Shown piece after piece: positions 46,901 through 55,340 of a stretch of 64,000 bases of DNA. The notes beneath the pieces were generated by a model. The model did no database searches. It saw only the letters and a list, made by a program, of their open reading frames with translations, and had not been told where the DNA came from. Source of the stretch: SAR202 cluster bacterium (lineage in GTDB: Bacteria; Chloroflexota; Dehalococcoidia; Lucifugimonadales; VXLM01); contig JAKUTR010000002.1 of NCBI GenBank assembly GCA_022448725.1, forward strand, positions 60,535 through 124,534, given 5' to 3'. Within the stretch, counting starts at the first letter, position 1, and each line of letters opens with the position of its first letter. The translations under genes and the position numbers were made by a program.

Positions 46901-48460
46901 TTCCAGCGTCCTAATCTGATATTTACCGAGGTTGGGGATACCCTCCTCCCAGTGCTCAGTCAATAGAACAGACCCTGAGTCGACGTTATCGTTAATCCAC
47001 TCAGACATACGTACTGCTGTATGGGGCTCCTGATAGATAGACGTATAAGAGATGCCGTACACAATTGTCGCGAGAACCACGACCGCAATAATTACATTCG
47101 GAAGGTGCGCCAAGTATGCCTTCTTCATTAAAAAACGATGTCTAAGATCTATCAGCATTCTTATGCCGAAGATAATCAGAATGGGAGTTACGGGCATGAG
47201 GTATCTCATAAACTTCACATCGAAAGCTCCCGTTATGAGTAAATAAGGGACCACCCAAGACAATAGAAGAAGGTCGCATCTGGAATCACGCGACCGTACA
47301 AGTAACGTTGCTGACAATGCTACTAGGGCGATGATCGAGGCAATCCCGATCGCGAGAAAACTACTCGAATACAATAGGATCGCTAGTGGAATGAACCAGC
47401 CACATACGAGGTAAACCACGCCCAAGCGTAGAGACATTCCTCGCAGGGACGAATAAACAAGTCCCGCCCAAGCCACAACGCCTAGTGGCCATCCTAGACC
47501 AAATGTAGCCAACTGGCGGATTTGGTATAGATACGGAACAGTGTCAATGTACTGACGTGTGTAGGGGTAATCACGTATCCGCCTGACCATCTCAGATTGC
47601 TCAATTACATCCCCCCAAAAAGTATAGAAGTCCAAGAATGCGTACGGTTGCACTAAAATCAGTACCGCAATGGAGGCCCCAGTAGCGACAAGGAGTCCAC
47701 CTATTGCAGTCACTACTCTGTTTCGCAAACCCCGGATACCTCTTGCAGTGTCCAGTACCGGTAATACGTACAAGAAATGGGCCATTACTAATGCAAAGCA
47801 GATTGGTAACTGACTTACCTTGGTCGCTAGACCTAAGCCAACAAGACTTCCAGCGATCAGAGAATTTGCCAGTCCTCCACGGCTTGCCACACGCCACATG
47901 AAAAACAATGCAGCGATCGTCGTAAAGGCAAGAATCGTGTCAGTAGCGAAAAAATGACTCAACTGAATGTGTATAACCGCGAACGCCACTAGGACAGCGG
48001 CTAATACACCTTCCCGCCACCCATACATCCGGCTGGCTAGAAGATAAACGAATACCACTGTCCCTACATCGAATAGTGCAGAAACAGCGCGACCCAGTAT
48101 GCGTAGGTCATGGTCACCCGGCACCACCGTTTGAACTAGCTTCAGTAGGTACAGCGGGAAGCTACCATAGGGGAACCAACCAGGGTTCCAGGGACTCGCA
48201 TCTCGATCAAGGAGGACTCCAAGTTCACCAGCATCGGGAAAGGCAAGTTGGTTCACGTGATCCAGAATCGCTCGTTCATCTGGATGAGGTGTGTACCCGT
48301 AGCCTGCATCCCAATTAATACCGTTAATGCGTAACACGAGTGCCACAATGATTATCGCAGCTAGGGTGATCCATAAACCGGCGTTAGCAGAAGAGTATCT
48401 GCTCTGCGGGGTTGCGATCCCAGTGTTCTGGGACAGTGAGTGCGGTTGTTCCTTCTCCAT
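43910..48460 (-). CDS. Giant polytopic membrane protein: ArnT/PMT-like GT-C N-terminal region fused to a DUF2298 / 'Chlor_Arch_YYY' domain
   Basis: 1516 aa with dozens of TM helices. The YYYxG motif is present (SINYYYGGQF). The N-terminal ~450 aa resemble GT39/ArnT-type glycosyltransferases (periplasmic DERA-type loop HPDERAILD). Confidence 0.75.
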   Translation of the reverse strand: MEKEQPHSLSQNTGIATPQSRYSSANAGLWITLAAIIIVALVLRINGINWDAGYGYTPHPDERAILDHVNQLAFPDAGELGVLLDRDASPWNPGWFPYGSFPLYLLKLVQTVVPGDHDLRILGRAVSALFDVGTVVFVYLLASRMYGWREGVLAAVLVAFAVIHIQLSHFFATDTILAFTTIAALFFMWRVASRGGLANSLIAGSLVGLGLATKVSQLPICFALVMAHFLYVLPVLDTARGIRGLRNRVVTAIGGLLVATGASIAVLILVQPYAFLDFYTFWGDVIEQSEMVRRIRDYPYTRQYIDTVPYLYQIRQLATFGLGWPLGVVAWAGLVYSSLRGMSLRLGVVYLVCGWFIPLAILLYSSSFLAIGIASIIALVALSATLLVRSRDSRCDLLLLSWVVPYLLITGAFDVKFMRYLMPVTPILIIFGIRMLIDLRHRFLMKKAYLAHLPNVIIAVVVLATIVYGISYTSIYQEPHTAVRMSEWINDNVDSGSVLLTEHWEEGIPNLGKYQIRTLESYNPDGALKLNDMATNLAEADFAVFFSNRLYGTITRLPERYPITSAYYRSLFSGDIGYQLENVETAYPTLFGISLTDNTYRRPGLPTPTGFNHLAGDRITFDLGFADESFSVYDHPKGLIFKNVGKLTPDQIKVNILALAGDVDSAVAIESKSSVDSSNSLMLSSEMLRAQRAGGTWSEIINPDGLASRFPVVAWLLAMIVMQLAVLPLATLLFQPLPDRGYLFSKGLGILLVCVVTWLLASVKWVPFSFGAVVIGILVVGSVSILTLLTKWELITTCIKKQWRIIAVSEAVFVAAFLGFVLIRMANPDLWHPWQGGEKPMDLAYLNAVLKSTYMPPYDPWFAAGSINYYYGGQFIVSSFIRLTGIESTVAFNLAIPMFFALTISGSFSIVYNLAESSRQRLSMVAQGIASNFAWSPVLAGLTGALFVAVIGNLHGAVQLVENATDVLFRNLPFGTFDFWRSSRMMPPDPPGNEITEFPFFTFLFADLHAHLMVIPFTLIAIGLGLGIVLGSKQLTQGWSVGDVSRVVTLGVVVGAMRMINAWDYPTYLIVAGVAILLGSLLRNGGLNLLVIVEAGVKSAIVLLVGLMVFLPYNANYETFFSSLEPTTNQTVLLQFLTINGLFMFVVGSFFLNECREWGKSIWLSVGRRLVRWNFRFAGATGVDYSERRQILIIRLGLACIGVITVGFLIALAVVDKLGSTIPVLIVFVVVGVVVSYKRIFSSKPDSPHVAFAIALVLIAFLLAIGLDLYRLEGDIDRMNSVFKIYLQIWVTLALASAYFLWRLVHSRSEPILKLPRWKQLWLVSTALLIIGASIYPILGTQARLRVRFDTDIPLTLDGMAYMNNITSHTDANGDIDLTSDYEAIRWIQNNIEGSPVMLEANTPNYRWGGRVSIYTGLPNIVGWGWHQEQQRWNYRQQVNKRIEAVKRIYETTSIEEALAILQEHDVEYIYVGQLERLYYDQSGMAKFKDGMRDTLQQIYENKDVRIFRVSKSQDS

Positions 48461-48506
48461 TTAGAGCAATTGTACGGGCGCCACCAGAAAGCCAGCAAAC
48501 TTGGGG

Positions 48507-50012
48507 CTAAACTACAACGGTACAAAACTGCTCATAGGCTTCACTCCACGCTGATGTATGCTGAGGTTCAAACTCAACTCGGTCAAATGAAGAGTAGCTA
48601 AGCTCTCGTGCTTCCTGAAGGGACGATACCTCGCCATGCGCAATAAGTTGAACTAGGATGTTACCTATTGCAGTCGCCTCGAATGGTCCTGCCACAACTG
48701 GTCGGTTGGTGGCATTAGCCGTAAACTGATTAAGTAACTCGTTCTTTGCTCCTCCACCGACTATATGAATCTTCTTACATTCACGTCCCACCGCATAATC
48801 AATGTCATCAAGCACAGTACGGTACCGCAACGCTAAACCTTCGAGGATGGTCCTTACGACTTGTCCTTCGGAGCTTGGTTGATTTTGGTTAGTCCTGTAA
48901 CAGTATTCCCGAATACGGGAAGGTACATCCCCTGGCTTTAGGAAAACCGTATCGTCAGGGTTGATCAGAGAAGAGAACGGTTCTGCCCTAATTGCCAGTT
49001 CGTTTAGGTTCTCATAGTCAAAACGCATCCCTCTTTCCGACCAGATGCGCTTCGCTTCCTGAAGCAACCATAAGCCGGACACGTTTTTAAGTGGCCGCAC
49101 AGTACCATACACACCCGTTTCGTTACCTAACCTCATCCTGAGTGCTTCTAAATTGATGATCGGCTCGGAGGTCTCAACACCAAGTACAGACCAAGTCCCC
49201 GAACTCAAAAATCCCCAGTCAGCAGTGTTAGCTGGTACAGCAGCTACCGCTGAAGCCGTGTCGTGAGTTCCGGTCAAGACGACACGTATATTTGAAGTGT
49301 CGTGGTCTTTAATTATTGATGACCTGAGGGCGCCAATTTGGTAGCCAGGCTCGTACAGATCCTGTAGCAGTTCCCCTGAAAGATCAAGCTTTTCCAAGAG
49401 AGCATAGGCCCAGGTGTGAAGACGAGTGTCATAAATCTGGCTGGTACTAGCAAGAGTCTTGTCTGTCAGCTTGCTACCTGTCAGCCAGAAGTTTATTAGA
49501 TCAGGTATGAACAATAAGCTATTGGCCTTACGGTAAATCTGGGGGGTTTGTTCTTTAGCGGCAATGAGTTGGAACAGTGTGTTCATCTCCATAAACTGCA
49601 CGCTAGCTTGGTTGTATAAGTATTCTGCTCCCAGTGAGTCCACAACGCGATCCATAATTCCCGTGGTGCGCATATCCCGGTAGTGATAGGGATGCTCAAT
49701 GAGTTCGTCATCTCCGTCCAATAGCGCGTAGTCGATCCCCCACGTATCGACACCTATGGAGACCAGTTGGTTTCCATACAACTGTAGTGCCTTGCCAATA
49801 CCTGTTTGTATTTCCCTAAATAGCCTGCGAATTGGCCATCTCAGGCTTCCCGCTTCTGAAACTGCTCCGTTTGGAAATCGGTGCACCTCTTGTACAGATA
49901 TTCGGTGGCCATCATAAGTTCCAACAATAACCTTCCCACTAGAAGCGCCAAGGTCAATTGCCAAATAAGCTTTGGTGCTAACCAAGGCGACACTCCTTGA
50001 AGACCAGACCAT
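48507..50012 (-). CDS. rhaB: Rhamnulokinase (FGGY carbohydrate kinase family)
   Basis: Collinear with E. coli RhaB blocks (from memory): AIDLGASSGKV, HRFPNG, GVDTWGIDYALLD, GTHDTASAVAAVP, FLSSGTWSVLG, LKNVSGLWLLQE and HIVGGGAKNELLNQ. Confidence 0.8.
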   Translation of the reverse strand: MVWSSRSVALVSTKAYLAIDLGASSGKVIVGTYDGHRISVQEVHRFPNGAVSEAGSLRWPIRRLFREIQTGIGKALQLYGNQLVSIGVDTWGIDYALLDGDDELIEHPYHYRDMRTTGIMDRVVDSLGAEYLYNQASVQFMEMNTLFQLIAAKEQTPQIYRKANSLLFIPDLINFWLTGSKLTDKTLASTSQIYDTRLHTWAYALLEKLDLSGELLQDLYEPGYQIGALRSSIIKDHDTSNIRVVLTGTHDTASAVAAVPANTADWGFLSSGTWSVLGVETSEPIINLEALRMRLGNETGVYGTVRPLKNVSGLWLLQEAKRIWSERGMRFDYENLNELAIRAEPFSSLINPDDTVFLKPGDVPSRIREYCYRTNQNQPSSEGQVVRTILEGLALRYRTVLDDIDYAVGRECKKIHIVGGGAKNELLNQFTANATNRPVVAGPFEATAIGNILVQLIAHGEVSSLQEARELSYSSFDRVEFEPQHTSAWSEAYEQFCTVVV

Positions 50013-50051
50013 TGGTACTTATCATCAATATAGCTCTTACTGGAGATCGAT

Positions 50052-50738
50052 ATGAACGAACGTAATAACAATACTGAAGCAGTCAAGTTTAGCTCAACTC
50101 AACTCTCAACCGAATCTCCCAGCCCGGAAGCCGTCGAACAACTTTGTTTGATCTGCAATGAACTCGACTCTATTGGCCTATTGGCTCCCTACGAGGCTCC
50201 GGCCCCCATCGGAAGTAACGGCAACCTAAGCTACCGAAAAGGTGACACCAGCAGGTTTATAGTCACAGCAACGCGGCTGGATACTAAGCGGGATCTGCAA
50301 CCAGATGCTTTTGTCGATGTTGATCGATACGAACTGTATGGTACTGAAGAAATGGATAGCACTGCGTATTTTCACGGCCAGCAGCGTCCATCGTCAGAAA
50401 GCATCTTACATTGGTACTTCTACCAACTTTACGCTGAGATAAATGCCATCATTCACGTCCATGAGAATACCGAGTTACTGTACTCAAAAGAGTCTCGGTC
50501 TGTATGGGAAGAATTAGGTATTATCGAAACCAATCGATACGGAGACGCGGGCACTGTAGATCTACCTCGCACCGTCGACGAGGTACTTACGAACCTCAAC
50601 GAATATGTAGTGCTTAAGGACCATTACCCAGAGTGGGACACTAAGCATACTGGAACGGTCGTGTTCGCTGAGAACCTTGATCGTGCGAGAGATCGGATCA
50701 TTCAAGTACATGAGGGGTTGTCCGAAGCGAACAGGTGA
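50052..50738 (+). CDS. Class II aldolase / adducin N-terminal domain family protein
   Basis: Has GSNGNLSYRKG..FIVTATRLD (compare the GNxSxR...ITxSG pattern) and the IIHVHE metal-binding His pair. It is divergent from rhaB across 39 bp. Confidence 0.6.
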   Translation: MNERNNNTEAVKFSSTQLSTESPSPEAVEQLCLICNELDSIGLLAPYEAPAPIGSNGNLSYRKGDTSRFIVTATRLDTKRDLQPDAFVDVDRYELYGTEEMDSTAYFHGQQRPSSESILHWYFYQLYAEINAIIHVHENTELLYSKESRSVWEELGIIETNRYGDAGTVDLPRTVDEVLTNLNEYVVLKDHYPEWDTKHTGTVVFAENLDRARDRIIQVHEGLSEANR

Positions 50739-50811
50739 GGGAAGAGCCTACTCGCTAACTATTTGTGTACTCGACACACAGCTAGTTTCTCAACCGAAGA
50801 AGGCCTAAAGC

Positions 50812-51516
50812 TTATCCTCCAAGCATATTGGCCAACTCAACAAAATCGCCCACTTCAAAGTCGGGCTGGTAAGGTGATTCCTCTGTAGGTAGCCCGTATC
50901 GGTTCACATACACCCCGCGGTAGCCACAGGCGCGGGCTCCAACAATATCAAATGAGTGAGCTGCAACCATCATCACCTGACCCGGCTCCTTACTAAGAAG
51001 CTGCAGCGAGGTTCGATAGACCGACGGATGAGGTTTAAAAAAACCAGCTTCCTCAACCGATATAATCGCGTCAAAGTCGACTTTAATGTTGTTGGCTACC
51101 AGGTGTTCAAGGTAGGACTTCTCACCGTTGGAAAGCGCCACTAAATCAAACTTCTCCCGAAGCCGTACTAGGCCTTCGATTGCGTCTTTGTAAGGCCGAA
51201 GGTCCTTGTAGACATTCATAAAGTTGGCCACCTCGAGGTCCTCGAAGTCCACTTTGTTCGCCTTAAGGGTGTAAACCAAAGCCCGACGACACGTTTCAAG
51301 ATAGCCACTATGCCCTAGTAATAAGAGATTATCCTGATATTGTTCAATACGCTGCCTGGCACGCCATTGGGACCACAGTTCCTTACTAGAGACTGCCGCA
51401 GGATGAGAAGTGAGAAACTCATCAATCGGTGGAATAAGACTACCGGACAGATCGAGAACCGTTCCAAATATGTCAAACGCCAGTGTATCGACATATCTGA
51501 GCGGGTCACTAGCCAT
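50812..51516 (-). CDS. Haloacid dehalogenase type II-like HAD hydrolase
   Basis: Has LAFDIFGTVLDL (nucleophile Asp motif), LVALSNGE and HSFDIVGARACGYRGVYVNR. Confidence 0.75.
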   Translation of the reverse strand: MASDPLRYVDTLAFDIFGTVLDLSGSLIPPIDEFLTSHPAAVSSKELWSQWRARQRIEQYQDNLLLLGHSGYLETCRRALVYTLKANKVDFEDLEVANFMNVYKDLRPYKDAIEGLVRLREKFDLVALSNGEKSYLEHLVANNIKVDFDAIISVEEAGFFKPHPSVYRTSLQLLSKEPGQVMMVAAHSFDIVGARACGYRGVYVNRYGLPTEESPYQPDFEVGDFVELANMLGG

Positions 51517-51519
51517 CTA

Positions 51520-52659
51520 CTACACAGACCCAAGCAACTCCTCGCGAAGACGACTGATCACAATCGGCACTTCTTCGTCGAGAAGGTTGATCGGCTCAAC
51601 GCCAAGTTCGTCTAGGTCCCCCAACTGGTATAGATGTATCGCTGGATTCCCGTTGGCCATCCTATCCAAGATTACGTCCCTGCTAGGACCTTTCCAATCA
51701 CGCGTGAAGTAGATGCGTGCGGTAGGCACCAAATAGTTCCACTCATCGTGTTGGACAGAAATTTCCAGTCCCGGTATCTCGATCAGTGCATCAACAACTT
51801 GTTGTGACATCTCCTTGAATCGCTTATTCTCAACTTCCTCGTCCTCACTATCAAAGATTTGTAGAGCCTTAACCAACCCCATGATCTCCTCTTTTGCAAC
51901 CTTCATGCTACGACCAAGGAATTGGTTTGGCGCAGCGTTGGCTGCTGCAGCCTCAATGAGGTCAGCTCTCCCGATCAAAATCCCGGTTCCCTGAGGCCCT
52001 CTAATACCTTTACCTCCACTCAGAATTACTAGGTCCGCACCTTCCCGGATATATCTTTTCAGGTTGTCACGAGGCGGGAGTGTGGAGGCGGCATCGACAA
52101 TTACTGGAACCCCTCGAGCATGTGAAATCTCGCAAACCTCTGGTAAGGGTATCGCTCGACGTGAAACGAAGGCTGCGAAAAGGTAAGCGACAGCAGCAGT
52201 CTTTTCTGTAAATGCAGCTTCAAGCTGCCAGGGATAGCACCTTCTTCCATCACCAATCTCTACAAACTTTGCACCCGCAGCGCGATATAACTGGTCGTAA
52301 GCAAAGCGGTGACTTTTCTGAATAATCACTTCATTCTTCATACCAGTTGTATCCGGTAGGCTGACCATCTTTGCCGGGTCGTTACCGGCGATAACGGCGG
52401 CGGCTTGCATCACTAAGCCTCCACCAGAACCGCTTGTGACCAGCGCTGCTTCGGCACCACAAATCTCGGCAATTATCTCTCCAGCTTTCTTGTTTAAATC
52501 ATTGATATCAACCATCACAGTCGAGGTCTTGCGCATCACCTCCGCTGCTTCTGGTCTAAGTCTAGATCCACCCCACATCGTCGTGGTTCCGGAAGCGTTG
52601 ATGATCCGGTTAACTCCGATGGAACGGTAGAGTTCTTCTCCAGTCATTGACAAGTTCAT
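51520..52659 (-). CDS. SelA-like / DgaE-like PLP-dependent enzyme
   Basis: Reads INASGTTTMWGGSRL...ALVTSGSGGGLVMQAAA...LVILSGGKGIRGPQGTGIL (PLP-Lys region). This resembles the seryl-tRNA(Sec) selenium transferase-related family. Confidence 0.65.
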   Translation of the reverse strand: MNLSMTGEELYRSIGVNRIINASGTTTMWGGSRLRPEAAEVMRKTSTVMVDINDLNKKAGEIIAEICGAEAALVTSGSGGGLVMQAAAVIAGNDPAKMVSLPDTTGMKNEVIIQKSHRFAYDQLYRAAGAKFVEIGDGRRCYPWQLEAAFTEKTAAVAYLFAAFVSRRAIPLPEVCEISHARGVPVIVDAASTLPPRDNLKRYIREGADLVILSGGKGIRGPQGTGILIGRADLIEAAAANAAPNQFLGRSMKVAKEEIMGLVKALQIFDSEDEEVENKRFKEMSQQVVDALIEIPGLEISVQHDEWNYLVPTARIYFTRDWKGPSRDVILDRMANGNPAIHLYQLGDLDELGVEPINLLDEEVPIVISRLREELLGSV

Positions 52660-52806
52660 ACGTGATCCTCATGGGCAAATTGGCCAGCGGCATTATAGCA
52701 TCGGCATAGTGAAAACCCGGACCTACGCATAAAATTACCTGCTAATCGTGCGTAAAGCGCATCAAGGTTGCCGCAACGCATTGTGACCCTCTCCACCAAG
52801 CATCCA

Positions 52807-53715
52807 TCAACTGGTTGCATATCCAATTAGTTTGTACACGAGCTTTGCGGCTGTGAAGGAGCAGGCCTCGGGACCTTCATGAGGACTCAGTTCTACCACG
52901 TCAAACCCAACAATATTCTTGTTAAGGGAAACTTGTTTAAGTAAATTCGTGACTTCGTCCCAAAGCATCCCCCCAGGCTCAGGTGTCCCAACGGCGGCCA
53001 TAATCGATGGATCTAGAACATCCAGATCGATAGATATGTATACATCGTGTGATAACTTTCCAACTACTTCAGAGACGACAGATGGCAAATCCGTATTGGG
53101 CCAGTACGCGACAGGCAATTGTTGGGCGTCAACATAGTGTTTTTCACTTTCGCTGATACTCCGGACCCCAACCTCCACCAAGCTAGCCTGTTCACTAAGT
53201 CTTCTTGCAACGCACGCATGGCTCCATCTGGAACCCATATATTCATTACGCATATCCGCATGCGCATCAAGGTAAAGTATGGATAACTCAGGGTAACGAG
53301 AGATCTGAGCGTTTACAGCCCCAATAGTTATGGAGTGCTCTCCTCCCAGCAGACCTACTAATTTATCTTGACTAGCGAAATGTTCAACCACTTTCTGAAC
53401 TCGTGAGAACATCTGGACGGGACTATCAACATCCGGCTCAATAGCAGTCGTCGTAGCGATACCCACTCTGGAAATATCTCGTTCCAGCTCAAGGTCATAA
53501 TCTTCCAAGTGCTTCGATGCGTTTATCAGTGCACGGGGACCATCGCGAGCTCCCGGCTTAAAGGATGTAGTGCTATCGTATGGTACTGGGACCAAGACCA
53601 CGGCTGGATCAACCGAAGCGCCCCCCAAGGTTGGCGTATCAAGGAAAGTTTCCCAAACCCGGGGCACGGCGTCAGGCCAGTTTGATCCAGACTGTACTTC
53701 ATCAATATGTCTCAT
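52807..53715 (-). CDS. Ureohydrolase (agmatinase / guanidino-acid hydrolase family)
   Basis: Mn-binding motifs are LGGEHSITIG, LDAHADMR and SIDLDVLDPS. The substrate cannot be assigned from the sequence. Confidence 0.85.
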   Translation of the reverse strand: MRHIDEVQSGSNWPDAVPRVWETFLDTPTLGGASVDPAVVLVPVPYDSTTSFKPGARDGPRALINASKHLEDYDLELERDISRVGIATTTAIEPDVDSPVQMFSRVQKVVEHFASQDKLVGLLGGEHSITIGAVNAQISRYPELSILYLDAHADMRNEYMGSRWSHACVARRLSEQASLVEVGVRSISESEKHYVDAQQLPVAYWPNTDLPSVVSEVVGKLSHDVYISIDLDVLDPSIMAAVGTPEPGGMLWDEVTNLLKQVSLNKNIVGFDVVELSPHEGPEACSFTAAKLVYKLIGYATS

Positions 53716-53752
53716 GTGATCTTGGGATTATGGGACAGAGTAAGCAATCATA

Positions 53753-55333
53753 TTAACGAAAACCTCCAACTCTTTCGCCCCGTGATATTCGGTCGAATGT
53801 AGTTGCCGCTGTAGGTCGTGCATAGTCGACAAACATCTCCACACTGTCGACCGCAACTTGTGCTGCCAGATTTGCTGGCCGTGATTCTATTGAGATACCG
53901 ATCTCGTTGGCGCCAACCTTCAGTATTGAACTGGGAATAGGTAACTCCATCAATGCATAGATGTTACCGCCACCGCCGTGCCGAGAAAACCGCTGCTTGT
54001 CAGGATCCAGAGTAACTCCATTGGCTATCACGGCCACCACGTCAGCATCTATGGAACCACGCAACTGAACTTTAAGAGTTACTCGTGCAAGCTTAAACAC
54101 TTCGGCCATATGGATCGATATGAAGCTAGGCCCATTCCCCGTTTCTAGGGTGACTGGCAATTGGGATTCGTATTCCTCATAGTCCGCATCTATGTCCTTA
54201 ACACCTAACCAGTAATGCTTAGGCTGTTCACGGAGAAGGTCGGGGTCGTGAATCTCGGAAAGAATCTGTCTCTCTTGAGCTCCAAACGGCCAGTTGAACC
54301 ATGGGATATATAAACCGTCAGCCCCCCTAGACCAGTATGATGCGGCTCCTGCTCTGAACCGCTCTGGGGTTCCAGGGTATTCATATATCTCACGTCGCTC
54401 CTGATCAATACCTCCCGTACCCACACTGTAGTATCTATCCTGAAGCGCAGGGTAAACCTCGCAATCAGTACCTGCAGCTTCCTCTACCAGCCATTCAAAC
54501 GGCATATTTATATCCATCTGCCGCGGCCCGTAAACAGCTGGAACCACAAAGTCCAGAAGCTCTTCCCTTAGCCACGTACGCACGTCGAGCCCTGCACGTG
54601 TGTTGGACTCCACAGTTGGCATAATCCGTGCACCGAATGGGATATGGCGGCCTTTCTCATTACCTACGCGAGTAACTAAGGTCTGCACATCGCGGATGAA
54701 ATCGGTCACGATGTGCGCCTTACCCCATTCCTCGTCCTGTTCAAAGTAGTAAGGAGAAAAGACAAAGTCGATCTCAAAACCGTCAACTTCGTAGTCGGTC
54801 ACAGCTTCTTCAATCAGTGCGTATCGCTCCGCTCGCACCTCAGGATAGGTCCAATCAAACGGGTAACCGGGGCGGGTCTTAAGACACAATTCGGGGTGAT
54901 CAATCTTAAAAGTAGAATTGTCGGCCGTTTGCACAAATGCAGGATCCTGCCCATGGTTCATGCGAAGACTTCCAAAAAACTCAATCCCCTTACTATGAGC
55001 ACGCTCAATTAATAGGGTCATGATGTCTAGACCACGCTCACGAAGGCTTCTCAGATTTTCGTAAGCCCTCCAAAATGGGAACGTATTCCAAATCTCAGGT
55101 TCGCGAAACGTCGTGACGCCAGCTTTGATAAGGTGCTCTGCCCATGTCTCCCCTACCTTCGTGTTGTGGTACATCGTCGGACCTGCACCAAACCCGTACA
55201 CCAGAGTGTCCACACCTGTCCCAACAATTTCGTCCACGGGAGCAACGGCATCTTCAACACGTATCGGAGGGTCATAGCAATAGATATGGAAGTGCCTGGC
55301 GTCATTATGAAAAAGCAATCGTCGCTTACGCAT
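53753..55333 (-). CDS. Uncharacterised protein, paralog 3 of the 3-member family, embedded in the Na+-decarboxylase operon
   Basis: I chose the start at ATG 55333 (MRKRRLLFHNDARHF), 8 nt after the biotin-carrier stop. The track ORF extends to 55396 and would overlap that gene. It shares the DARHF, PVDEIVGTGVDTLVYG, RERGLDIM..RAHSKGIEFFGSLRM, DGFEIDFVFSPYYF, VRTWLREELLDFVVP and GADGLYIPWFNWPFG blocks. Confidence 0.6.
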   Translation of the reverse strand: MRKRRLLFHNDARHFHIYCYDPPIRVEDAVAPVDEIVGTGVDTLVYGFGAGPTMYHNTKVGETWAEHLIKAGVTTFREPEIWNTFPFWRAYENLRSLRERGLDIMTLLIERAHSKGIEFFGSLRMNHGQDPAFVQTADNSTFKIDHPELCLKTRPGYPFDWTYPEVRAERYALIEEAVTDYEVDGFEIDFVFSPYYFEQDEEWGKAHIVTDFIRDVQTLVTRVGNEKGRHIPFGARIMPTVESNTRAGLDVRTWLREELLDFVVPAVYGPRQMDINMPFEWLVEEAAGTDCEVYPALQDRYYSVGTGGIDQERREIYEYPGTPERFRAGAASYWSRGADGLYIPWFNWPFGAQERQILSEIHDPDLLREQPKHYWLGVKDIDADYEEYESQLPVTLETGNGPSFISIHMAEVFKLARVTLKVQLRGSIDADVVAVIANGVTLDPDKQRFSRHGGGGNIYALMELPIPSSILKVGANEIGISIESRPANLAAQVAVDSVEMFVDYARPTAATTFDRISRGERVGGFR

Positions 55334-55340
55334 GTGTACT

